From an uncultured virus (IMG/VR IMGVR_UViG_3300034106_004008) (Duplodnaviria; Heunggongvirae; Uroviricota; Caudoviricetes): a stretch of 20,000 bases of DNA. The notes beneath the pieces are model-generated. The model made no database searches and was not told the origin of the DNA. It was given only the letters and a program-made list of their open reading frames with translations. The stretch covers positions 56,692 to 76,691 of the IMG/VR virus record IMGVR_UViG_3300034106_004008. One strand, given 5' to 3'. Position 1 is the stretch's first letter. Every line of letters begins with the position of its first letter. A program made the translations under genes and the position numbers. This document shows, piece by piece, positions 8,063 to 16,156 of the stretch.

Positions 8063-8806
8063 TTAAAGTTCAGCGTTTTCAACAGATAATAAAGAATCTT
8101 GCGTCTTTACCTTTAGTTTAAGTAGTTCTTCAATAAAACCAGAACGTCTAAGGTATTTAAAAACTAGGTTTTCATTACTCAGTTCACCACCTGATTGTAG
8201 GCCACTTTTGCGATATTTTTTTATTTTGTCTTTGAATGCTTTGAGTTTGTCCAACTTTTCTTGACCATCTTCCATTTTTGAGATGGTTTCTAAGGTTTTT
8301 TTAAATTCTTTCACTTTATTTAACACGGTTTCTTTATCCAGAGAAAAATTTTCTTTTGCTGGTTTGCTTAACCATTTGTTGTATAGTACACTATAAATTC
8401 CTTTGGCTGAGTCTAATTTCTCATCAAAAGCCTGTGCATATAATTCAACATCGTAACCCTTAATTGTTATATCGTGTAAATTATTAAATACGTCTTTTTT
8501 AGCATCAAAAAGTTCATCGGATACAGTTGAATCTGCGTTTATTTTTGTTTTATCTAAAACAACGTGCAAATCAACATCTGAATAATTAGACCAATTATAA
8601 CTAGCTAAACTACCAATGAATAAAACATCCTCAATGTCTAAAGTTTCGATATTAAAAGAATCAACAAATTTTTTTGCGATTTCCAATAAACTTCTTCTGA
8701 TTTCTGGTTTTAATCTGACATTTTCAATATCACCAGAATCGACATTATCCCAAATATCTTTATTTAGGTTGTCTTGTAATTTAAAGCTGTTAATTATTGA
8801 ATCCAT
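8063..8806 (-). CDS. Pol-beta-superfamily nucleotidyltransferase
   Basis: Signature hGS-x9-DhD (FIGSLASYNWSNYSDVDLHVV), a candidate third carboxylate in YDVELY, and a helical C-terminus. Confidence 0.8.
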   Translation of the reverse strand: MDSIINSFKLQDNLNKDIWDNVDSGDIENVRLKPEIRRSLLEIAKKFVDSFNIETLDIEDVLFIGSLASYNWSNYSDVDLHVVLDKTKINADSTVSDELFDAKKDVFNNLHDITIKGYDVELYAQAFDEKLDSAKGIYSVLYNKWLSKPAKENFSLDKETVLNKVKEFKKTLETISKMEDGQEKLDKLKAFKDKIKKYRKSGLQSGGELSNENLVFKYLRRSGFIEELLKLKVKTQDSLLSVENAEL

Positions 8807-8813
8807 TATGTTA

Positions 8814-8821
8814 ATAAATAG
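8814..8821 (-). promoter_or_regulatory. TATTTAT-type motif
   Basis: Minus-strand CTATTTAT in the 16-nt intergenic gap, 7 nt before ATG 8806. Confidence 0.55.
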
Positions 8822-8822
8822 T

Positions 8823-9140
8823 TTATTTTGAGTTTTTAATCAATAATTCACCCAAAACTTCAAGGCGACCAACCTCTCTTTGAAATTCAATTTGACTCAT
8901 ATCCAAAGATATTTTTTTATAGGTTTCATCGAATTCTTTTTTAGCAGAATCTATATCGAAATTACCCTCAGTAGCTTTTTTATAATAAGGTAATTTAACT
9001 TTAAAATGGTGCCAAGTTAACAAGGCTAAACCACCTTTTTCTCTTGCTGTATCTGAAATTTTAGCCGCACCAGCACCTCTGGTTTTTGCAAAATCCATCA
9101 AACTGTCTTTAGCTTCTAATATTACATCAAATAATTTCAT
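8823..9140 (-). CDS. Hypothetical protein (105 aa; start revised to ATG 9140)
   Basis: ATG at 9140 follows the upstream stop (9143) by 2 nt. N-terminus MKLFDVILEAK carries an ILE (I-x-E) motif. Confidence 0.7.
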   Translation of the reverse strand: MKLFDVILEAKDSLMDFAKTRGAGAAKISDTAREKGGLALLTWHHFKVKLPYYKKATEGNFDIDSAKKEFDETYKKISLDMSQIEFQREVGRLEVLGELLIKNSK

Positions 9141-9142
9141 AA

Positions 9143-9556
9143 TTAATTTGGCCAATAACCCAATTCCATTGTAAAATTTTTAGTATCAGTATCATCATTG
9201 CGAGTCACTTTAACGTAAAAATCATTATATTCCCCATCATCCCCACCATCATAAAATTGTAAATGAAAAACTTTAACATCATTAACATCCATGTCGGTTC
9301 TATCGTTATCCCAACCACTATCATCTATTGCGTTACCAACAGCGGCCCAAGGCGAACCAATCCAAGGATTATTAAACTCAAATTGAAATAAACAATCTGG
9401 TAAATTATTATCTTGAAAGGAGCCAACGACATCGACATCACCTGAGTTAGAACCAATATACACTACTGGATCTCCACTCATATATGTACTCGGGTAGTTG
9501 TTTGCGCTTATATTGTAACCCTCACCAATTACAGTTACCTTTGTAGGTTTAGTCAT
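9143..9556 (-). CDS. Hypothetical acidic beta-rich protein
   Basis: 137-aa ORF preceded by TATTTATA. D/N/G/aromatic-rich. Confidence 0.7.
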   Translation of the reverse strand: MTKPTKVTVIGEGYNISANNYPSTYMSGDPVVYIGSNSGDVDVVGSFQDNNLPDCLFQFEFNNPWIGSPWAAVGNAIDDSGWDNDRTDMDVNDVKVFHLQFYDGGDDGEYNDFYVKVTRNDDTDTKNFTMELGYWPN

Positions 9557-9570
9557 AAATCTTATTTAAT

Positions 9571-9579
9571 TATAAATAG
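9571..9579 (-). promoter_or_regulatory. TATTTATA-type motif
   Basis: Minus-strand CTATTTATA, 14 nt before ATG 9556. Confidence 0.65.
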
Positions 9580-9589
9580 ATTACTTTAT

Positions 9590-9727
9590 TTAAAAAGCTA
9601 TAACCAATTCTTTATTGAACCAACCGATTATCACCTCATAACTACCATTTAAAGTTATGTCATGAGTTATTTTAATATAAGGTAACAGGTATACTTGATA
9701 TGCGACTGTGTATATTTGTATGCTCAT
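9590..9727 (-). CDS. Small 45-aa hypothetical protein (not in the ORF track)
   Basis: ATG 9727 to TAA 9590 gives MSIQIYTVAYQVYLLPYIKITHDITLNGSYEVIIGWFNKELVIAF. It fills the gap between 9739 and the motif at 9571 on the same strand as its neighbours. Confidence 0.65.
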   Translation of the reverse strand: MSIQIYTVAYQVYLLPYIKITHDITLNGSYEVIIGWFNKELVIAF

Positions 9728-9738
9728 AAATTAAATTT

Positions 9739-10110
9739 TTATATTTTATTCCATTTATTATTTGAATCCAACGTAAAACTACCCAAACACTCATATGACC
9801 ATTCTGTGGGGTTAACGATTGATAAGAAAACGTTACCATCTTTACCGATGTACAAATGGTATGTATGCCCAATTATTGGCTCAAACGCAAACTTTGCGTT
9901 GTAGATTAATTCATTCCATTTGTATTCTTCAACCAATTTTTTATACTCAAGTTTTAATTCGTTAAATTTGGCTTCAAATTGTTTATTTACTTTTAAAACA
10001 TTAGCTGATTTCCATAAAGAAATATCTTCAACTTTTATAGCTGGGGCTCCAACATTTGAAGCGTAAGGTAATAACCCTGGATTATCAGCAACATTATCTG
10101 GTTTTTTCAT
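9739..10110 (-). CDS. DUF2452-like protein
   Basis: LPYASNVGAPAIK...YNAKFAFEPIIGHTYHLY...LSIVNPTEW resembles DUF2452 as I recall it. Start overlaps the upstream stop by 4 nt. Confidence 0.7.
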   Translation of the reverse strand: MKKPDNVADNPGLLPYASNVGAPAIKVEDISLWKSANVLKVNKQFEAKFNELKLEYKKLVEEYKWNELIYNAKFAFEPIIGHTYHLYIGKDGNVFLSIVNPTEWSYECLGSFTLDSNNKWNKI

Positions 10111-10334
10111 AAACTATTTTCCATTTCTATAAATTTGTTTATTTCATGAATAATATCAATACTTTCTTTTCTAGGAGAATAGACTATATCCCATATGGTT
10201 TTATTATTGTAATCTGGGTGTAATCTTGATTTAGCCCATTTTTTTCCTTTTTCAAAATCATGGCAAGACCAACTTAATGGGCAAATAATTTTTGGGGCAA
10301 ATAATTTTTTTATCGGTAGTAAAAATTTTTTCAT
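10107..10334 (-). CDS. Hypothetical protein
   Basis: 75-aa ORF whose ATG directly abuts the thyA stop (TAA-ATG), suggesting translational coupling. Confidence 0.65.
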   Translation of the reverse strand: MKKFLLPIKKLFAPKIICPLSWSCHDFEKGKKWAKSRLHPDYNNKTIWDIVYSPRKESIDIIHEINKFIEMENSL

Positions 10335-11372
10335 TTAATTACTTAATGGCGCTTTAATTTTTGGGTGTGATTGATAATTATCTAAAACGATATCATCTGG
10401 CATATAAGATTCAATACCATCACGAACATATACCCTTGGTAGTTTGTATGGTTCTCTGGTAATTTGTTCTTTGGCTTGCTCAATGTGGTTTAAGTATATG
10501 TGTGTGTCACCAAGATTACCAATTAATTGATCTGGTAACATACCCACCTCGTCAGCAATCATCATAAGTAACAAACCGTAAGACGCAATATTAAACGGTA
10601 AACCAAGGAAAGTGTCCACCGAACGTTGATTCCACATCAATGAAAGCGCTCTTGTTGGGGTTTTATCGTAGTAAGTGTTTTCAAAATCTGGTACCGTATC
10701 CTCATTGTATTCCATCCCAGTTTCATAGTTTTTATTAAACCAATATTGATACCGTTCAGAATAACTCAACTCTCTAGTATAAACTTGAAATCCATAATGA
10801 CAAGGTGGAAGAACCATCTGGTCTAATTCACCCACATTCCACGCATTAACCATTAATCTTCTCGAGTCTGGGTTTGTTTTAAGGTCACAGATTAGGTTTT
10901 GGATTTGGTCTATATATGTTTCATTATAAACACTAGGAAGATAACTATGTGGTGTTATATTTCTGTACTTTCTCCATTGTGCCCCATAAATTGGGCCTAA
11001 ATTACCAAACCTTTCGGCAAAATCTGAACTATTTTTTATTTGATCGATAAACCAATCTTTATTAGGAATATCTTCATGACCCGCAAAGTGTTTACAATAA
11101 TTTTTATAAGCATCACCATCCCAAATATGACAACCATTATCAACAAGGTATTTTATGTTGGTATCACCTCTTAAAAACCAAAGTAACTCAGTTACAATTG
11201 ATTTCCAGTGCATTTTCTTGGTTGTGAGTAAAGGAAAACCCTCACTCATGTTGTGACGAATTGTGTAACCAAAAATACTTTTGGTTCCAGTACCAGTCCT
11301 ATCCTTTTTTTCAACACCATATTCAAGTATATCCTTGAGTAATTGTTGATATTGTCTATCTAAATTGTTCAT
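10335..11372 (-). CDS. thyA: Thymidylate synthase
   Basis: DRTGTGT, FPLLTTKK, ELLWFLRG, LGPIYGAQWR, SRRLMVNAWN, catalytic LPPCH, QRSVDTFLGLPFNIASY and GDTHIYLNH. Confidence 0.97.
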   Translation of the reverse strand: MNNLDRQYQQLLKDILEYGVEKKDRTGTGTKSIFGYTIRHNMSEGFPLLTTKKMHWKSIVTELLWFLRGDTNIKYLVDNGCHIWDGDAYKNYCKHFAGHEDIPNKDWFIDQIKNSSDFAERFGNLGPIYGAQWRKYRNITPHSYLPSVYNETYIDQIQNLICDLKTNPDSRRLMVNAWNVGELDQMVLPPCHYGFQVYTRELSYSERYQYWFNKNYETGMEYNEDTVPDFENTYYDKTPTRALSLMWNQRSVDTFLGLPFNIASYGLLLMMIADEVGMLPDQLIGNLGDTHIYLNHIEQAKEQITREPYKLPRVYVRDGIESYMPDDIVLDNYQSHPKIKAPLSN

Positions 11373-11376
11373 ACCA

Positions 11377-11408
11377 CAATAATAGACAAAAAAGATAAAA
11401 AAATCAAA
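11377..11408 (-). promoter_or_regulatory. Bacteroidota-type host promoter for the thyA operon
   Basis: Minus strand TTTG (11408-11405), 20 nt, TATTATTG (11384-11377), ending 4 nt before the ATG. Confidence 0.65.
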
Positions 11409-11420
11409 TGCATTTTATGG

Positions 11421-13106
11421 TCACAAACCATATCGACCTTTGGTTGCATTAAAATTTTGTGCGATTTCGGATGAATTTAAACCTTTTGTGTAAAAATAAC
11501 ATGCGCCGATTTTACCATTTAAATAATTTGACCCAACACCATTACCGATGTAGCCTAAATATAATGTATTTGTTTCGTTGTAAGTATCTGTGCCATGTTG
11601 GGTTGATATATATTCGGTGTCATTTACGTATAATTTAGTTGTCCCACTAGTGTTGGTAATTTGTGAAATAAATGTTAACAAATACCAGGTATTTGTTGTT
11701 ACTATAATTGGTGACGTGCTTATTTTTTGAATACCCGTTCCATTTGTAGTTACCCTTAATTCACCCGCGTTTGAATACAAGCCACCCCAATAACCGTCAA
11801 AACCAAAAGAGGAGGATAGTTTTCCAAAAACAGGTACTTGAGCATTTAAAGAGGCCAACGAATCAAATTTAACCCATACTTGTATTGTTTTTTGTGTGGA
11901 TGTATTTAAACTAAGTTCCGATGTATGTGGTATGCTAATGGTATCATTACTACCATCAAAGTCAAAAATGCCACCATCCGTTGAACTCCAGGTTGCCCCG
12001 TTTATTGTTGCATCATTGTTGTTGGGTGTCGAATCTAACCATAAACCTGAACTATATGTTGATGCGTCTAGTTTCATAAATAGTGAATCTTGTACAATAT
12101 CGTTTTGTATAAACCTATCTTTTTCCGCATTATAATTATTTAAAATTTGATTGTCGGTAAGTGCACCATAATATATTCTAACAATCGCTAAGTCACCATT
12201 AACGTAGTTTGTGTCGCTACTAGCACTACTGTCCCATCGTCTCATCATTCTTACGTCACCACCAGAACCAGGTATGCCAGTATACGAAAGGGTACCACCA
12301 GTTGCAACGCCATTTACATATTGTCGAATTGTTGTACCATCATATGTTCCAACTACGTGGTACCACGTATTAATAAGCGGATCGAAACCAGTTGTGTTGT
12401 GCCAACCATTTACATCGAAAAATCCAACACATAATTTATATGTGTTTGGAGCGTTATTTGTACCTAAACTAAAATTTAACCTATCAATTAAATTGTATTG
12501 GTTACATACTATTGATGTAACTTTAGAATTTAAACTCGAGTTTAATTTAAACCAGGCTTCAATCGTCCATATGTTTAAATCCCCAATATTTGGTATTGTT
12601 GCATGTTCATATGATGCATCTGAAAAAGTAAAACACTCGGGCTCCGTATTTGTATGCGTTGGTGCATTAACCAATGTACCATGATTTTGGTCTAATGATA
12701 GGTTATACCAACTAGAACCAGTATTTGGGTAACTTTCCGACATACCCGCATCAATATAAACTTGTAAATTATCAGTTGTAATGTCTGGTATTATTTTATT
12801 AATCACAAAATAGTCGCTTTGGGTTGATAGCCATTCTAAACATAATTCCCAAGACGATAATGTTAAATTACCCATTAATCTATTAACTATATGAACTAGT
12901 TCGTTATTATCGTTTGCGACATAAATGTTTAATTTTCCAGCGGAATTTGCTCGATAAATAACCCAACCACCAACTGGCGGCTCTATTCCATTATAAAATC
13001 CTGTTGCTTGAGTTGGCCCATAAGCAACATCACTATTCCCAATTGTTAAATAATTTTTTGTTAATGAATTATTTTCCTCAATATTACTATTTTTTATAAC
13101 CGACAT
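11421..13106 (-). CDS. Virion or fibre-associated protein with two LamG (concanavalin A-like) domains
   Basis: Two paralogous domains, each with [I/L]DA...[S/T]Y...W..., TI[E/Q]xW, TWY[H/L]..., NG[D/K]...[Y]...L...I..N[Y/F]NA.K.R[F/Y]. N-terminal region includes YGPTQATGFYNGIEPP. Confidence 0.85.
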   Translation of the reverse strand: MSVIKNSNIEENNSLTKNYLTIGNSDVAYGPTQATGFYNGIEPPVGGWVIYRANSAGKLNIYVANDNNELVHIVNRLMGNLTLSSWELCLEWLSTQSDYFVINKIIPDITTDNLQVYIDAGMSESYPNTGSSWYNLSLDQNHGTLVNAPTHTNTEPECFTFSDASYEHATIPNIGDLNIWTIEAWFKLNSSLNSKVTSIVCNQYNLIDRLNFSLGTNNAPNTYKLCVGFFDVNGWHNTTGFDPLINTWYHVVGTYDGTTIRQYVNGVATGGTLSYTGIPGSGGDVRMMRRWDSSASSDTNYVNGDLAIVRIYYGALTDNQILNNYNAEKDRFIQNDIVQDSLFMKLDASTYSSGLWLDSTPNNNDATINGATWSSTDGGIFDFDGSNDTISIPHTSELSLNTSTQKTIQVWVKFDSLASLNAQVPVFGKLSSSFGFDGYWGGLYSNAGELRVTTNGTGIQKISTSPIIVTTNTWYLLTFISQITNTSGTTKLYVNDTEYISTQHGTDTYNETNTLYLGYIGNGVGSNYLNGKIGACYFYTKGLNSSEIAQNFNATKGRYGL

Positions 13107-13130
13107 TTATTTGTATAGTTTTACTTAAAG

Positions 13131-13139
13131 ATAAATATC
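13131..13139 (-). promoter_or_regulatory. TATTTAT-type motif
   Basis: Minus-strand GATATTTAT, 24 nt before ATG 13106. Confidence 0.6.
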
Positions 13140-13150
13140 AAATAATTCGA

Positions 13151-13390
13151 TTATATTTTTTTGTACGTAAAACTTTTAGATATATTTTGGTTAAAAAATT
13201 TACCCTGACTTTCAGCAAGATTTAATCCAGCAAATGTTTCATGAGGAACATCATCATATTCATAGATTGCCCCGTTGTTGAAAGTAACGTTTAATTTTTT
13301 TGTCGTTGTATCGTAAGATACTTGTCTTAAATTTGAACTATCATATTCACAGATAACTTTAGTTCCTTCGTATTTTTTACTCTTCACCAT
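13151..13390 (-). CDS. KTSC domain protein
   Basis: SSNLRQVSYD...LNVTFNNGAIYEYDDVP...AESQGKFFNQNI is the canonical KTSC pattern. Confidence 0.9.
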   Translation of the reverse strand: MVKSKKYEGTKVICEYDSSNLRQVSYDTTTKKLNVTFNNGAIYEYDDVPHETFAGLNLAESQGKFFNQNISKSFTYKKI

Positions 13391-13595
13391 ATTTTATTGT
13401 TTTTATCTTTGTTGTGTAATTTATAATATTTTTTAGGTCAAAAACATCATTTGCTGTGAGAACAAAATGATTACCTTCGCTTTTAACCGTGGTTTTTGTG
13501 GTTATAATCAAATGATTACCACTTATAATAGTATTGTAGATATCGGTATACGTTTTTACCGATCCGTTGGTTAAATTTATTATAATTGTATCCAT
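13377..13595 (-). CDS. Hypothetical protein
   Basis: 72-aa ORF overlapping the KTSC start, downstream of a strong promoter. Confidence 0.6.
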   Translation of the reverse strand: MDTIIINLTNGSVKTYTDIYNTIISGNHLIITTKTTVKSEGNHFVLTANDVFDLKNIINYTTKIKTIKYGEE

Positions 13596-13611
13596 GGATA
13601 TTTATTTTTGA

Positions 13612-13643
13612 TAAATTTAGGTAAAAAGTTGCATTGTGTCAAG
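13612..13643 (-). promoter_or_regulatory. Host-type promoter for the 13595/KTSC unit
   Basis: Minus strand CTTG(ACA) (13643-13640), 20 nt, TAAATTTA (13619-13612). Also reads as TTGACA-17-TAAATT. Confidence 0.6.
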
Positions 13644-13659
13644 ATTTTGCTTAGATTTG
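13628..13659 (+). promoter_or_regulatory. Bacteroidota-type promoter for clpC
   Basis: GTTG (13628-13631), 20 nt, TAGATTTG (13652-13659), a perfect TAnnTTTG. Confidence 0.65.
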
Positions 13660-13681
13660 CAAAAAAAATTACAGTAAGATT

Positions 13682-16138
13682 ATGAATGATAAAATGACAA
13701 ATGAGTTGCGACAAGCTTTTGCGATTGGTAGGGAAAGTGCGGTTAATTACAGAGATACTAAGTTAAGAATAGAGCATGTATTATATGGAATAATCATATC
13801 AGATAATATTATAAACGAGATTTTGAAAAATAAAATCAAAGATTTCGATCTGCTTGTTCAGGATATTCAAAATATAAACAAACAACAGTCGGAAAACGAT
13901 GATAATATAAATTCAGAATCAATTTTAACTTTTGAGCCAGAGCTTCAAGAAGTGATTAAACTTTGTATTAAAAATAAAAAAAAGGATGAGTTTATCACAC
14001 CAGAGTTATTTTTTACAACTTCATTTGATATAGATATTGCCGTAATTAAAATAATTAAAGATTATGGTGTCACAAAAACATTTATACAAAGACGTTTAAA
14101 GCAATTAAATGTTTCGTCAAACTATTTTAGCGAGGAAGATCAAAATAAAAAAAGTTCCCAAAGTGAAAATGCACCATCTAAAAACAAATCTAGAACGCCA
14201 ATTTTAGATAATTTTAGTCGGGATTTAACCGCTTTAGCCAATGAGGGTAAATTAGATCCTGTTATTGGGAGAGATAGTGAGGTAGAAAGAGTTGCTCAAG
14301 TCTTATCAAGAAGAAAAAAGAACAACCCAGTTTTAATTGGCGACCCTGGTGTTGGTAAAACAGCAATCGCTGAAGGTCTTGCGATTAAAATCGCCATGGA
14401 TGAATGTCCAAGGCCTTTACAAAATAAAAGATTGGTTACTCTTGATTTAACATCAATGGTTGCTGGAACCAAGTATCGCGGTCAATTCGAAGAGAGAATT
14501 AAAGCTTTGCTTGAGGAAGTTAGAGATAACCCAAACATCATTCTTTTTGTGGATGAATTACACACCCTTGTTGGTGCTGGAAATTCATCTGGTGCGTTAG
14601 ACGCCGCTAATGTATTTAAACCAGCTTTGGCTCGTGGTGAGGTGCAATGTATTGGTGCTACAACTTTGGATGAATATCGTGAGCATATTGAAAAGGATGG
14701 TGCTTTGGATAGACGTTTTCAAAAAGTAATGGTGAACCCACCAACACTTGAACAAACAAAGGATATTTTAATGAATATTCGTGAAAAGTACGAAGATTTT
14801 CATAAAGTTGAGTATACCGATGATGCGATCAACGAGATTATTAGATTAGCTGATCGATATATCACAAATCGAGAATTTCCAGATAAAGCAATTGACATAA
14901 TGGATGAAGCTGGCTCTCGAACACAAGTTAGTATTAAAGCCCCACAAAAAATTAAAGAACTCGAAAACGAGATAAAGGAAATTAAAAAAAGAAAACAAGA
15001 AGTTGTTAAAAGCCAAAAGTTTGAACTGGCCGCTGATTTGAGGGATTTAGAAAAGAAAACAACAGCTGAGTTAGAAAAAGAAACTCGAATTTGGAAAGAA
15101 AATATCGACAATAAAAGAATGGTTGTTAATGATGAAATGGTTTGTGAGGTTGTTTCGCTTATGACTGGGATACCAATTACAAAAATTTCACAAAACGAGA
15201 TTAAAAAATTGTTAACGATAGATACTGAATTGTCTAACACAATTATTGGCCAAAATGAAGCGATTCAAAAAATTTCATCTGCAATAAAAAGAAATCGCAC
15301 TGGTATTAGAAAACAAAATAAACCAATTGGTTCATTTTTATTCATTGGCCCAACGGGTGTTGGTAAAACAGAGTTAGCAAAAATGTTAGCTGAAAAAGTT
15401 TTTGGTAGCCAGGATGCTATGATTAGAGTTGACATGTCAGAGTATGGTGAAAAATTTAACATTTCAAAATTAATTGGTGCGCCTCCAGGATATATTGGAT
15501 ACAATGAAGGCGGACAGTTAACTGAAAAAGTTAAGAATAAACCATATTCGCTCATACTTTTTGATGAAATTGAAAAGGCTCATCCAGATATCTTTAACGT
15601 TTTATTACAATTATTGGATGAAGGTCATTTAACAGATGGTAGTGGTAGAAAAATTAATTTCAAAAATACCATTATTATTATGACGTCAAATATTGGTTTA
15701 AAAGATGTACAAGATTTTGGTACAAAAATTGGCTTTTCGACTGATGAAGATCCAACAAAATCTGCCCAAGATATTATCGAAAAAAGTCTTCGTAAATTTT
15801 TTAAACCAGAGTTTTTAAATCGTCTTGATGAATTAGTTTATTTTAATTACTTGAGTAAAGATGATATTTTAAAGATAATTGATATTCAATTGGATGATTT
15901 ATCCGAAAGATTGTTTGAGTCAAATTACACTTTTAAAATAACAACACAAGCGAAAGAAAAGTTAGCTGAGCTTGGTTATGATAGAAAATATGGTGCGAGA
16001 GAATTGAATCGAACAATTCAAAAATATGTTGAAGATCCCATGTCTGAGGAACTATTACAACACGGTATGCCATCTGAAGGGGCGTTTAACATAACATATG
16101 ATTCGAAAAAAGACAAAATTTTCGTAAAATTGAGTTAG
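13682..16138 (+). CDS. clpC: ClpC-like ATP-dependent Clp protease ATP-binding subunit
   Basis: Two AAA+ modules (GDPGVGKT / LFVDELH and GPTGVGKT / LFDEIEKAH), a short UVR-type middle domain (QKFELAADLRDLE), ClpP-docking IGF loop (TKIGFS) and YGAR sensor-2. Confidence 0.93.
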   Translation: MNDKMTNELRQAFAIGRESAVNYRDTKLRIEHVLYGIIISDNIINEILKNKIKDFDLLVQDIQNINKQQSENDDNINSESILTFEPELQEVIKLCIKNKKKDEFITPELFFTTSFDIDIAVIKIIKDYGVTKTFIQRRLKQLNVSSNYFSEEDQNKKSSQSENAPSKNKSRTPILDNFSRDLTALANEGKLDPVIGRDSEVERVAQVLSRRKKNNPVLIGDPGVGKTAIAEGLAIKIAMDECPRPLQNKRLVTLDLTSMVAGTKYRGQFEERIKALLEEVRDNPNIILFVDELHTLVGAGNSSGALDAANVFKPALARGEVQCIGATTLDEYREHIEKDGALDRRFQKVMVNPPTLEQTKDILMNIREKYEDFHKVEYTDDAINEIIRLADRYITNREFPDKAIDIMDEAGSRTQVSIKAPQKIKELENEIKEIKKRKQEVVKSQKFELAADLRDLEKKTTAELEKETRIWKENIDNKRMVVNDEMVCEVVSLMTGIPITKISQNEIKKLLTIDTELSNTIIGQNEAIQKISSAIKRNRTGIRKQNKPIGSFLFIGPTGVGKTELAKMLAEKVFGSQDAMIRVDMSEYGEKFNISKLIGAPPGYIGYNEGGQLTEKVKNKPYSLILFDEIEKAHPDIFNVLLQLLDEGHLTDGSGRKINFKNTIIIMTSNIGLKDVQDFGTKIGFSTDEDPTKSAQDIIEKSLRKFFKPEFLNRLDELVYFNYLSKDDILKIIDIQLDDLSERLFESNYTFKITTQAKEKLAELGYDRKYGARELNRTIQKYVEDPMSEELLQHGMPSEGAFNITYDSKKDKIFVKLS

Positions 16139-16156
16139 ACATTATCGGAATTTGGA

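Noticed and set aside
10335..11372. Intron or intein in thyA, or a dCMP hydroxymethylase identity
   Set aside because: The ORF is continuous, the inserts are short with no intein termini, and the dUMP-specifying Asn is retained.
1856..15555. Short antisense or nested ORFs in the track (e.g. 1856-2158, 2830-3033, 3939-4226, 5292-5732, 6420-6755, 8616-8831, 9672-9872, 9695-9904, 12211-12684, 14800-15240, 15265-15555)
   Set aside because: Overlap better-supported genes and show no recognisable motifs or start signals.
13682..16138. ClpB identity
   Set aside because: The middle domain is short (UVR-like) and an IGF ClpP-binding loop is present, which fits ClpC.
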